Positions 1 through 13,500 of a DNA stretch of 64,000 nt are shown piece by piece. The stretch is taken from the NCBI GenBank assembly GCA_051294375.1, contig CM119267.1, positions 14,191,694 to 14,255,693 on the forward strand. The letters run 5' to 3'. Positions within the stretch are counted from its first letter, which is position 1. Every line of letters begins with the position of its first letter. Made by a program: the position numbers and the translations under genes. Below the pieces are notes generated by a model, which ran no database searches, was not told where the DNA came from, and saw only the letters and a program-made list of their open reading frames with translations. Origin of the DNA: Paraspadella gotoi. Lineage: Eukaryota > Animalia > Chaetognatha.

Positions 1-62
1 TGTATTTATGTATTTATTTATGTATTTATTTATTTATGTATTTATTTATTTATGTATTTATT
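1..62. repeat. (TATT/TATG)n microsatellite
   Basis: Run of tattt/tatgt units at the window start, in the intron upstream of the 194-485 exon. Confidence 0.85.
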
Positions 63-193
63 TTTAAAATTTGCATTTGAGAGGATCCTGTGAGTTGGTT
101 GTTTAATGAGCTTGATGTCTTTCCCAGTTAACCTTTTTCATAATAGCCAATTTTCTTTTCCCCCTCAACCACTCATTCCCCCCCCCCATTCAG

Positions 194-485
194 CCCCTAC
201 GTGGCGACCGACATGGAATCCGGATCGACGAAAGAGTTGCGTCGCATGGACGAGAAGGAGAGCAGCGGTCGCGGCTCCACCGGCGCCATGTCCTCCATTT
301 CCGGTTCCCTGGCGCCGCGTTCCTCGTCGGAGGGCATCTCCAACCGGGGCGTTGATTCCACGCCCTCGACGACTCCTGGCCACACCCCTTCGAACACTCT
401 AAAGAAGGGCGGGGTGAAGACTCGCGTCCACCCGGGCAGTAAGGGCGAGGGAGGCGAGGATTACGCCGAGACTGATGGCTTGTGA
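194..485 (+). CDS. Terminal coding exon of an upstream gene, probably a Mesh/SUSD2-like paralog (cytoplasmic tail)
   Basis: C-rich tract plus CAG acceptor at 191-193; phase-2 exon PYVATDMESGSTKELRRMDEKESS...DYAETDGL*. Same phase, same PY start, shared EKESS and Y-x-E-T-[DE]-G-L end as the last exon (22638-22863) of the downstream Mesh-like gene. Confidence 0.75.
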
Positions 486-614
486 GCCGTAGAGCGCTGG
501 TGTAGCTGGGATTATAATATTGTTTCAAGTAGTTATCCTATTCTTGCTTTTTCTCTCTCTCTCTCTCTCTCTCTTCTCCTTTTCTTCTCTCTCTCTCTCT
601 CTCTCTCTCTCTTC

Positions 615-651
<37 letters not shown>

Positions 652-1467
652 CTCTTTGTCTATCTCAAATCAATCAGGTCAAATGACCAGGAGCGTGCGT
701 TTGCCCCGCCGCTCAATTTGACCGTCTTCCCTCCGCTCATCCGTCTGTTCGTCCGTCAAATTTATTCGAAAATTAATCGATCGTTTAATGACTCTCTTAC
801 ATGCGAAGATCGTCCACCGATTTTAATTTGCTGGATTAAACTTTAATTAGTCCTCCAATTTTTTTCATATGACATAAAAATCTATTATTAGTAGAAAATG
901 TTATTTGTTATATTTAATATTTTAAAATCTGTAAATATGTAGTTGGGACATGGCTTCAAAAACTCAATTATTTACAAAATTCATAATGTATTTGATGTGC
1001 TTCTTTGTAATCAAGCCGATATCGACAATTACTTTTCTCCGAACTTACAAATTTAATTCATCAAGTTTTTGACACAGAATTTATTATCGCGCTTTAAATG
1101 ACAACAGATTATTAAAGCATATCGCATATTTAAGATCTTATGTAAATTTTCTTTATATTTGTTTAAATCTGAAAAGACGAAATATTTTAAAAATGGCATG
1201 TGGGGCGTTTAGATCTCATTAGAAAGATCCTTCTTCCCAAAAATATTCATCCATCATTTTTGGTAAAATATTTTGTGTACATAAGTGTTGATGCATTAAT
1301 TATGATATGAATAAAACCTAAAATTGTTTGTCTTTTGTCTAATGAGAAAATTTATTTGATAAAACGAGATACAAATGGTGCTCATGAGATAGACGGTAGA
1401 TCTGGGGAGATTTCACCAAAAATTCAATTATTGATATAGAAGATATATCTCGAAAATCATATTCAAA

Positions 1468-1506
<39 letters not shown>

Positions 1507-2016
1507 TTTACCGTTGCGTTGTGGCCAGGTTATTGGAGTGTTTTCGAGAAGAGACCTTTGACTCAATGACGGTAATCCAGATGACGGAGGAAACGACTCA
1601 CGTTTACAACTGAGTCGGGCAATCTTTAGTCTTAATGTTGCTTTTATCAAATATAATTTATAAGGAAACAAACGCGTCAATTTTCTAGGCAGCCTAACCT
1701 CCCTAGCAGGAAGATTCCAGTGACTCCACGACTTTGTCATCGATCCCTACCTTCAACCTCCCCTGCCCTGCCCTCCCCCCCCAACGTCACAGATTCAGGA
1801 GCTACTCTTTATCTCCTTTCTTATCTAATCAAAGTTTTAGATCTCGACCGGAAAAAAAAATAGGACAAATTTTGAAGAATAATTTTTCGGGTGCGGCAGT
1901 TGGTAACTTTGAATCACTCCGTCGGAGGCGCTGAACTTTCCGACTTTTTGCCGCCATTTTACAAGATTTTGCGAAGGCGAATTCTCAACTTTTTTAGCAA
2001 CGAATTTTTTTAAAAA

Positions 2017-5000
2017 ATGACACGGATTTGCTTCCCAGTTTTCTTTATTTTCTTTTGCTTGGCGAAATTCTCAACGGCCGAAGGTACTAATAGGCAGATA
2101 GTGTGAAGAAAAAGTAGCTTGAAAAATATATTTAGCCAAACTAATTTTAGTAATTACATTCGAATAAATTTTAAAATAATTACAAAACGCAAATTCATAC
2201 AACCCCTCCATTAAAATTAGATGATCAGATCCTGATCCCCATCGGCTCCATCCTTTACCCTCACGGTATCCATGACAACTACCGCTTGGATCTCGACAAC
2301 ATCACGAAACCGTCGGCGGATTCCGGATCGGGGAGGATCAGCCTTCCCTTCAATCTCACTTTCTTTGGCCATCGATACAACTACATCTATGTCAGTTGCG
2401 TCCGTCCGTTCGTCTGCCTGTCCGTCCCCTCTTAGCATTAAACTCCTATTACTCGTGATTGGGTGTGGGTAGGAAAGTGTGTGATTGAGCTGGATATAAA
2501 GTTTCGATGAAATCGTGCGAGTGAAAATGAGTTCAAATGGAAAAAACAAAAGTCATATTTCTTGAAGCATTTTTACTTATATTTACTCATAATTATTATA
2601 TCTACCCAAAATTGGATAGATAAATTGAATTAAGTGGAAAAGAGTTTAAATTCCAAAACCAAAAGACACAATTATTTGAATTTTTAAAAGTTTCTCTCTC
2701 TCTATCTTTCTCTGATTAATTGATTGATTGATTGATTTACCGACCAAAGTATGCCAGTTGACCAAATTATGCCAGTTGATCAAATTATTCAAGTGACCAA
2801 ATTTTTCAAGTTGACCATATTATGCCAGTTGATAAAATTATGCCGGTTGACTAAATTATGCCAGTTGAGCAAATTAAGCCAGTTGAGCATATTATGTCAG
2901 TTGACCAAATTATTTCAGCTGACCAAATTAAGCAAGTTAACCGAATTATGCCAGTTGACCAAATTATGTCAATTGAACAAATTTTGACAGTTGACCAAAT
3001 TATGCCAGTTGACCAAAGTATGTCAGTTGATTGACATTTAATTGACCAAATTATGCCAATTGACCAAATTATGCCAGTTGATAAAATTTAAGCCAGTTGA
3101 CCACATTTTGCAAATGGACCAAATTATGCAAGTTGAAAAAATTATGTCAGTTGTCCAAATAATGCAAGTTCATTAAATTAAGCAAGTTGATCAAATTATG
3201 CAAGTTGACCAAATTATGCAAGTTGACCAAAGTATGCAAAATAAACAAATTATACTAGTTGACCAAATTATGCAAGTTGGTATTGGCGTACCTACTAGTA
3301 ATGATTGAGAGATCAATTGATTTATAGATTTTGTCATAGATTTATTAAAAAGTCTGTTATGATTTGTTATGTTACGATTTGCTATGATCTGTTAAGATCA
3401 CAAATTGAAAGTCAGAAAAAATTACAGTGATTTATCATCGGATTTGCTTATTATCGTTTAATTATCGTAAGCAGATCCGACGTTGTTTGCTCAAGGCTCC
3501 ACGTACGATCGACGTCCTTTAGATAACGATTTCTGAACTTAAATAATTACCATCTCTTTTGATCTCAGTGATTAGTATGAAGTTTTCTTTATTTAAAAAA
3601 ACGGTTTGCTATGGTTATCTCATTCTTATTACCTAGTACTGTTCAGTTAAATTTCTATGAGTTAAAAATACGGTAAGACATGATTTCTTCGGAGATTATC
3701 AATCTAATCTCATTAACAACCTAATTTGAGATGAAAGTATGATGAATTTTTATGGTACCAACAACTTTTAAAGATCAAATTCCTCCTTTTAATTTTTGTG
3801 GCTTTTATTTACACAAAACTTTTCAGACAAGATGCCACATTATCTGATACATTTTTTTTCCTTTCATACCGTTTCCCTGATTCTCTTTCTTCATCTCTTT
3901 TCTTCTCTGTGTTTCTATTTTTATCTTCCTCTTTCCTCCCCTACTTTTCACGCCGTAACTTACCTTTTCTATGACCCTACCTTTCTCTGCCACTATTTCA
4001 CTTTCCTTATCCTTTTTTTATTGCCTTCTCTCCTTCTCTTTCTTTTCCCCTCTTTTCCCCCTCTTTTTCTTTCCATTTTCCCTTCTTTTTCCGCCTTTCC
4101 TTTATCTCCTTATTTTTTTCTCCTTTGCCTTCTTTTTTATGCTTTTTCCCCTCTTTCTCTCTCATTCTCCCCTTCTCCTTTTCTTGTTCTCCCTTTCCTG
4201 TTCCCTCCCACTACTTTTCTGCCTTTACATTGAGCCATATCAAAGAAATTTCTTATTATCCATTATAAGAAAAGGAAATTTACGGTATCTCATGATTTTT
4301 CTTTCAATTTGGTTGCCTGGCAAATTTAGTAAATCGACAGATTTTGCGGAAAATATTTCCGCAAAATTGTCGATTCTGAGAAAAAACAAGTCCTGACGCT
4401 TTCCATTGGTTTTAAAAGGATGCGGTTTTTTTTGTTTTATTAACGTCAGTATGTTCCTCAACTGTTAAAACTATAAAATAAATTTAAAAATCTTATCTTT
4501 ACTAAAAATAAATGCAAGTCACAAAAAGTCACAAATTAATTGTCGTCTTTAAAAAATATTTATGGCTAAAACGAAATGAGTTTTTTTGATAATTTTGTAG
4601 GTGTTAAAAGCTTATTCTGTGGGCTATATTTTCTGTTAGTTTAAGCCAATTTAAACTAATTTTGTTTAATAAATTATAATAAAAACTAAAACTGCGACTT
4701 TTTGACTTGTCAACTTTCAAATTAATTCATAAGTGAACTATGAATGATATAAGGAAAATATTTTACTCAAGGGTGAAGAAGATAAGGAAGAAAGGAATTC
4801 CAAAATAAAAAAATTTTCTCAACTTTCCTTGGCATTCAAATTTGAAGACGAAAGTGAAAATGGACAAAAATGGACATGATTTTTTTTCCTAAAAGTTGCA
4901 AAAATGTTACTCTTATATGATTAGAAATAGCTGGAGATGGTTTTAACTAATCCGTATTTGGCCTAATTATTATTATGGGGCAATTTAAATTTATTTTGTT

Positions 5001-5985
5001 AATAGTAACTGAACAATACTGGAAAAAACTAGTTTTTTATCTGAATGCGAGGATTGTAAGCAGAGGCTCAAACTTGTTAATAAGTGTTTGAAAGTGACTC
5101 TATGACTTACTTCTTGGTCGGTCAGTCGTGTTTATAATTGAAAAAAATATTATATAGTTGTTATACACATTTTAAAAAGTTACTTTACTATGTGGTTTCT
5201 AGTTACAAAGGACTTTTAATAAAATTTTATATCTTAAATTATATAAAATTTTATGAAATTGGTACAACCAATATAAAAATTATCCATTCATTTAATAAAT
5301 AAGCTATCTTGCCCCGTATGTAACAATGATTCTTAATTTAAAATTCTTTCAATTACTTTTACAAAATTCTGTTAATTAAAAAGGTTTCTGTAGCTCGGGA
5401 AAAAATTTTTTTTTTTTATTAAACTGTAATTGATAAATTTTATTTTTAATGAAATATTTATCTAAAAATTCTACGTAAGGCACCGTTTCAAAAAAAAAAA
5501 CATTCCTCTTCCTCAGGTAAGCAACAACGGCCACTTTTACTTCGCGGACAGGGAATGGACTCTTTTCAACTACCGGACATTCCCGCAGCCGGACTACCCC
5601 TATCAGGACGACGTGGCGCTCATTGCGCCTTTCTACGCCAGGATCGATATCGACACGCGGGACGACAGGCAGCGCGTCTACTGGCGTCACATGAAACGAG
5701 ATTTGTCCATCGACGATCCGGGTTCGATTTAGGGATTTAGGGATTTGAATTAGAAGACCCTAATCAATTCCCTAGTGCGATTTCTTATTGAACCGTGTCG
5801 ACTACATTCTCCTTTAGCTGCCCCGGTTCGTTTTGATCCTTGGATTCTACTCCACCCTCTCTCTCTCAAAGATTTGCATCTTCCTTGTTTTCCTCGACGA
5901 GGAACAACTTTGTCTCAATTAAAATCTCCGCCGATATCCCAAGTTTATTTCAGCGGTTAATTCTCTTACCACTCTTATCGCTAGG

Positions 5986-6041
<56 letters not shown>

Positions 6042-7202
6042 TCTCTTTCTCTTTCTTTTTCTCTCTCACTTCTCTCAGTAATTTCCAAAGACTTTTGGGA
6101 ATCAGAAAAAACAGAAAAAGATTAAGAATCCGATTCGGAGACTTAATCTAGAGAATCTCACGTTCGTTGCCAGTTTCGACTCGGCCAGGGGGGCGATAAA
6201 ACCGAAGACTTAATATTCTTTTTTTTTTCCTTTAAAAATAATCACTTTACGACTTTTCTTTTCGAAGTAATTAATTAAGGAACAAAAGCAATTAAGGCGA
6301 GGTGAAATATAAAAGCCTGGGTTATATTGCCTTTCGCGAATAAGATGTATAAAAGATGTATGAAATTGTTACAACCCATATAAAATTATCCATTCATTCC
6401 ATAAATAAGATAGCTTGCCGTGTTTTAATTGAATAAAAGGAACACCCACCCTCTTAAGATAAAACAATCATTATAAAATTATCCATTATATAATAATCGG
6501 TTAATAAAAAAAGTTGTATATGATAAAACGAACTTGTGATGCAAAGGAGCATACATACGACATCGTACATGTACGTCTCATCCTCTCTATTCCCGCTGCC
6601 CCTATTTTGCCCCTCCCCGTCCTGGTTTTTAAATCCACAAAACTTTCTCGTCCCTTACAAAACCCTTACGCCCCGACTTACCCAGGCAAACCCGACAAGT
6701 TAGATCACAAACAGCGGCAGCGGCGAGATAACTACATGCTGGAGGACATCGAGAACGTCGTCCACCGCAGCATCGTCGGTGGCGACCTCTTCTTCGCCAA
6801 ATACGCCGTCTGCGCCACGTGGAGGAACCTCACCTTCGCCGGCGCCGCCTTTCCCAACGATCCCAGGGTGAGTTGAGGCGTTTTACGTTCTCTTTTATTT
6901 TGGTTTTTATTTCATTTTTGTTTTGTTTTTGTTTTTCCTGATGTGGGCTATTTGTGGCGATCATTATTTTATATAATTAATATTTAAACGACCCGTATAT
7001 ACTGTATGAAAAATTCGTCATTATTGTTGTTATTGTTATTGTTGTTATTATCGTAAGGACGATCGATGGAACCCGAAGAACACGGTCCAAGCTGTTCTGG
7101 TGACGGACGAGAACGCCACTTACGCCATCTTCAATTACGACAAGATCGAGTGGGCGGCGGACAAGAAGATGGGCTGGCACAAGACGTACGCCAGGGTGAG
7201 TC

Positions 7203-7291
<89 letters not shown>

Positions 7292-7500
7292 ATAAAATCG
7301 ACTTTCGATCCTAGGTCGGCTTCAATCGCGGAAATGGAACCGACTGGTCGGCGTTGGATAGGTTCTCCGGCCGCAAAGAGGTCATCAACATCGCCAACAG
7401 CTCAAATTCTGACGCTTGGGGTCGCTATATTTTCAGAATCGACGGCCTCTACGACTCCATCAAACCTGGAGGCTGTAACAACGACTCCGCTGGTGAGAAA

Positions 7501-7545
<45 letters not shown>

Positions 7546-10500
7546 ACAACAAAAAACCATCCCTTTCTCTTAAAGGCGAGCTTCAAGTTTTTCCCCGTTA
7601 CGCGGGAATGATGGGCGGAGAGCAGCTCAACGTCTCTGGCCCTTGCTTTCAACCCTCCGACCGCATCCTCTGCAAATTCGACGACATCATTGTGGAGGGC
7701 ATCTACGAGCATCTGCAGCGGTGCCGGTGCATCGTGCCGACGCTTTTCAAGGTCGGCAAGCTCACCCTGTCCGTCTCGGTCAACGGGAGGCCGTGGGGAA
7801 TGTGGAAAACGCAATTCATGATCGGTGAGAATTGTCCTTCGTTCGTCGATATCTTCGTCGTGGTCATCGTTGTCGTCATCGTCGTTATCGTCGTTAGTAG
7901 GTCGGGTCTTTCGTGAACGCGGGATTTGCATTTTTATCATTTTTAGTTATAAAACTAGAAAAATAATTCATTTAACAACTGTGCAAAGTGCTTGTATATT
8001 TCTTTATGGATTCATTATATCCTGAAACACAACAATTGGTGGTGGATCATCTCTCGTCGATAATCGGTGGATGTCTCGTCTTAATTTCTCATGATCTTTA
8101 ATTATTTTTTTGTGATCTGGGAGTTTATGACCTGAGAAAATTAAATGTTTATTTCAACTTAATTTATTTTTTTATTGTTTTTTTTTTTCTTTTAACTTTT
8201 GTCACAATTTCTTTTTGGTTTCGTGACAAATTTAATTTTAAGACGGAATATCAAATAGATGTTAATGTCAGGCGCCACATGAAGAGTGAGCAAGAGGAAA
8301 AGTTCGCTAATGTGTCGGTAGAGGTCACGGAGAGTGATCTCCAATTAAAACGGTTGACAATTTCGATTTGGAGCAAATTGAAAACTTAAGACGCAAATGT
8401 CACCTGAAATTCTCTCGATGAGGAATAAGGTTGGAGAAAAAATGTAGTATATCTTTCGGCTTGAGTTCGTACGATTTATTGTTACTCCGCAATATTCTAG
8501 TTTAATGAGTATATTCGTTTGTACTGCTACGTCAATTTGTGTATTGTCTTGAAAGCTTTCTTTATTTCTTTATTCATCTTTGTTAATTATCTTTGATTTC
8601 TATCATTTATTTCTTTACACATAATTATTCATAACCATCCAACTTAATCCATATCCCTCATTAACCCCCCCCCCCCCGCTTTCCCCTGTTAGTGACCCCC
8701 GATCGTGTGGACTACCGCGTCCAACTTCAAAACCCCTCCGATTGGACGCACGTCAATCCACCTCCCGAAACACTTGCCGTCAAGTGGGACCGTCTCGCAT
8801 TCGCCCAGGAAAAGTTCTCGGCCATAAACGTCTACTTGTACGGATACTACGAAGATCCTGACAATTCGGGTTAGCAATTTGTCGACTTTATCGTCATAAA
8901 CGTCGCCGTCATCATCATTATCTTTATCTTTAATAACTTAATAAGCAACAACGTCATCATAATGCATCATCATCAATATCGTTCTATAAATATAGTAAAT
9001 AAACACCCATTCTCCTGAGATTAAACGGTGAACATTGAACAGTGAACACTTAACATTGAAAAAATACCGATTCCCCGACTCCATCTCCCTACCAGATCCC
9101 ACCCAACGCATCCAGTTTCGCAACATTAAGGAGTTGGCGCGCGACGAGGACAACGACGGCACTTTCTCCTTCCGCACCTACGACGTCAGAAGGGACGAAT
9201 ATCGGGACAGATGGGAGAACTATTGGGAGAAGCGCCACTTTGAGATGGGCGCCATCGCCGTCTCCATTGCCGGCAGAAGCAACATGTAGGTTGTAGGCGG
9301 CGAGGTTTTTCTTTTTGTTTAGGATCTATAAGGTTCCTAATATTGTATTATTTTCTATCATTGTTCTCCGAGATTTAAACTCGATTAGTCAGTTTCTTAG
9401 ATTTTTATCCGGGTGTTTAAAATTCACTTTAAACTATCACGTAATGAATCCCGCTTTTCCGCCATAAAAAAACTGAATGAAACTACAAAGTTCTTATCTG
9501 TGTCGCGAGTCCAGCTCGACTGTTGGACGCGGAATACAAATGGTTCTTGGTGAAAGAAACTCCTTTTATTTCTTTGATTGAGTGGGTTAAAAAAAGGTTT
9601 GTCTCTACCTCCCCAAAAATATATAAATGTAGCAACTTAAATTTTAATTTCTCATAAAACTTGGCCTTACCAAATGTGCAATGTAAACTTAACAAAATCA
9701 TATCGAATCCAGAAATTGAACGGAAAACATTTTTTTACCCACTCATTATTCGTGAAAAAAAGGAGTAAACATGGCATTATTGGATTTATTGGACTTTATT
9801 CTGGCCCTCGGAATATTGGGATCAGGACTCATAGCCCTCGTCGCTTTTTTCTCCTTGGATTACTACTGCCGCGACTACATTTTCTCTCGGAAAGCCTCGC
9901 GGGCTCGTCAAGGGTCTAGGCTCCTCCTCCGACGCCCATTGGAAGCTCTGGAGGATTACATGGAGCATCGGCAACGCGTCGGCTCTTGCATCGTATCCGC
10001 CGCGTTTTTCGTCTCGAGTCGCTTTCCGCTCGAGGATAATGAGTTGACGTGGGCTTTGTACAAAATAGCCTCCGAGAATCCAATGCTGCGGATGCGAATC
10101 GACGCGATCGTGGATAACGCTTTCATCGGAGGCGGCGGCATAGAGAATGAGGAAGACGACGGAGTTGAGGGGGACCCAGAGAACGTGAAGCGAGTGTTCA
10201 ACGAGGCCGAAAACCTTTTGTATTTCGTAGAGAAGAAAGCGTTCCGACCGAACGTGGAATCCTTGAACACGAGCAACTGGCAGTCCGTCATGGAGGAAGA
10301 ATGTGTCAAGCCCTTTAACTCTACCATCGGTCCGCTTTGGCGAGTCAAGAAGCTCCAAGAGGTTGTCAAGGAAGATTATCGTGTCTGTGTTTTGGTCTGT
10401 TCTTTCCACCACGCCATTATCGATGGCAAAAGCGTCATGGCATTCGGGGATCGTCTCATGGACTTGCTGAGCGAAACGTCGTTACACGGATCTGAGATTC

Positions 10501-13500
10501 GACGAGTTTTGCCGCGGTCCTACGCTGAACATCTGGGCGAAAATTTGCTGGGACTCAGTTGGCCTAGAAAAATCGCTCTTTATCTTGCTCACAGGACTCT
10601 GTTTGGCTTCAACGTTTTTCCCAAGAGATCGCCTTCATCTTTCGTCACTTGGCTGAAAAATCACCAACCGCTTAACCCGAAGAGAGCTGCCTTGACTCAC
10701 TTTTCAATCGGTCCCGAAGATCTGGAAACTCTTCTCGGCCTTTGCCACTTGCACGGTTGCAAACTACACGGCGTTTTGCAGGCCGTGGTTAACCTCGCTC
10801 AAGTGAGGACCTTGACCGGATTGTTAGCTCCTGGTGCGAAGAAGCCCAGCCAGGTCCAGATCTCTTGCATGTACGCGGAGAGCGTACGCGAATTCGTCGA
10901 CCCACCTCTAGAATGGACGGAGATTGGCAGCTACGCATTGGGTCGAATAATGACGCGCAAGCTTAAATTCGATCGGGATGCCGTCGAGCGATCCTTCTGG
11001 ACGATGGCCAAGTCGATTAGCGACCAAGTGCACGAGAATCTTCGACAGAGGCCCGTGGAACCCTTCTTCAAGGCGGGAGAGCTCGTCTATCGCATCTTTC
11101 CGCTCCTGTGGAGAAAAAGCGCCTCTCAACCGACGCCAGAGAATTTTAATCGTCAGAAAATCTCCGTCGACTATGTGATGGGCAACTATGGGTCATTTTT
11201 AAATGACCGTCAAGGACAAGGTTTGTTCAATAATTTAATGCGTTTAAGGGTTAGTTTTACTTTCGCCGACCGGGGTTAGGGGGAGTTTAGGTTTATGGGT
11301 GGTTTAGGGTCACAGGTGGTTTAGGGTTACGGGTGGTTTAGGGTTATGGATAGTTCAGGGTTATAAGGGTTTAGGTTTAAGATAATTATTTTTTAAATTT
11401 ATTTTAAAAATAAGTATTTTTAAATAATTTTTTAAACTACGCCAAAACACCGATCTGCGAGAGTAAAATTTTGCCGCGTTTTATTTATTTAAGGAGTTTT
11501 GAAAATTGACTAAAAACTTTTTAAAAAAGATCGTCGCCCCTTCGACATCACCGCCGCGTATTCCGCCACCAACGTCAAGATGATAGAGGCTTGCTTCGGC
11601 CACTACATACTCTCCCTCCGCGGAGAGCTCTTTTGGACCATCTCTTATTCCGAAGCCGTCATTACCTACGGAGAGGGGATAGCCTATTCTGAAGAAGTGA
11701 AAGAAACCCTATGGAGTCTCATTCAGGGAGAAATGGAATAAAAACCATATCGAAGTCGTTGACTGTAGTAGTTTGTGACCGAACGTGGTAGATTGTGATA
11801 GACGTTTGTGATAACAATTGTTTGACATTATTAAGTTTTTGTCCAAAGTTTTCATTTTACTAGCTATAATTTGATCAATAAAGTTTTGGAAAATAAATGT
11901 GTTGGCTGTATGTACTAAAGTTTAGATTTAACGGAAATGGGCGATCCTGGATTTTATTTTTTTTTATTTTTAATTTTTATATTTGTATTATTTATTATTT
12001 TTGTTTTTTTATTATTTTATTTATTTTTATTTTTTATTATTTTTATTATTATTAGTATGAAAACAAAGTTTTAGGTTTAGCGAGAATTATTATTTGTCAA
12101 AAATTATAAATCAGAGAACCACTTCAATGGTATATTATTGAAACTTAAATTGCAGTAATGACTACATAATATGAAGTGTAGCTAGTTTGTATTAAGATAT
12201 TAATACTGATTTGGTATTTGTTTTATTTTAAGTTATTTCCTTAGCCTTAACATAAATTTTTATTAATCCTCCACAATAATTTTAGAATAAGTGCATAAGA
12301 TGATAAACGAAGGAATGCACTCACTTTAGTCTTTGCCTTATTTTGAATCAGTATTAGAAACGTTTAAACATATATTGACATTGGACATATCGACGGGCGT
12401 AAATGCCCATCGTGACACGTTGCAGAAAAGAAAGTCGAATAAATACCAGATAATAGAAATTGAAAAACTGCAATAGGAGTCTTACGTGTCACCTATTGAC
12501 CATTATCTCGCTCTCATTTCCAGAACTCTTTGGAGCCCACTAATGGCCCTTGGCTGGTACATGTATTGGGACATGAAGGACGATTACGGAGAAGTGTGGA
12601 TGTCGGAGAAGTGTTCGCAGTGGTACTTCAAGGATCGCGTAAACTCTGATTGGCGCCACAAGTTGCCTCCGTGTCCGTGCAAATTGACACAAGCGCTTAA
12701 GGACGTTGGACGTTTCATTGCCGACCCGAGCTGCGATTTCCGCACGGACAGTCTTTGTCTCTACAACAAAGATGCGTACCACTGCGTCCTGTCCGTGCAC
12801 GGAACGTGAGTTTTAACAATCTAAATTTTATAGTTTTGGATCATTTTCTAACGCCCTTTCGCATCAGACCCGACGGATCCGGGAACCAATGTTGCTACAA
12901 CAAAGAAGGTCGACTCATGTATACCCAAGACGCACCGGGAGGTGGAACTGCCGACAGAGCTCATACTTGGGGCAGCGCACCGTACGCTCAGCCGTACAAA
13001 GTGCCTGCACTTTCGCACTATTTTCACGACGTCCTTCCCTTTCACCATTGCTGCATCTGGACGGACTATTCTTACGAGAGCTGGTGAGCGGAAGCTCAGG
13101 CACCGTGATCGGTTTTGGGAGAAATGGTGTTATTCTCCAAAACCGCCCCTTTTCATTTTAAATTTGGATTTAAGTCGTTTTTTAAGTTTTGAAGCGTAGC
13201 CGGATAATCTAGGTCGCACCATTTGGTTGAATCTCATCGATAGCCGTCCGCTTAATTTTTTTAATTCGTGTAGACAACAAGAGTGAGTGAAAGAATAGAG
13301 CGACGTCGATGCATTAGGTAGTCGGCAATTTCAGGTCGTGTCAGTTCAACCTCAGGTGGTTCGAACGGTCCGTCATGCGGTTTTCCTCGACGAGGTGTAT
13401 CCCGGAGTTATGTGAGGATATAAAGTTTACAAAAACCCCATCAATGTTTAAAAAAAGATATATTCATTTAAGTATTTAAATTTTCACCATTCAAGATCGT

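Noticed and set aside
520-846. ORFs rich in SL/ER dipeptides (also 1339-1740, 5840-6151, 14090-14480, 20631-21134, 56724-57128)
   Set aside because: Translations of (CT/GA)n microsatellites.
2742-3278. CRISPR-like array or 78-aa repeat protein (ORF 2751-2987)
   Set aside because: Repeats are contiguous with no unique spacers, there are no cas genes, and the tract is in a eukaryotic intron; the ORF is a by-product of an 18-bp unit.
3796-4396. Hydrophobic F/L/S/P-rich ORFs resembling membrane proteins
   Set aside because: Pyrimidine-rich low-complexity intron sequence that lacks stops for compositional reasons.
11221-11279. C-terminus of the 502-aa ORF as given in the track
   Set aside because: It reads into an intron; the phase-matched exon 11530-11741 supplies a family-like C-terminus.
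9771-11741. Bacterial contamination or an NRPS cluster
   Set aside because: The gene has a spliceosomal intron and lies between in-frame host exons; no adenylation or carrier domains are nearby.
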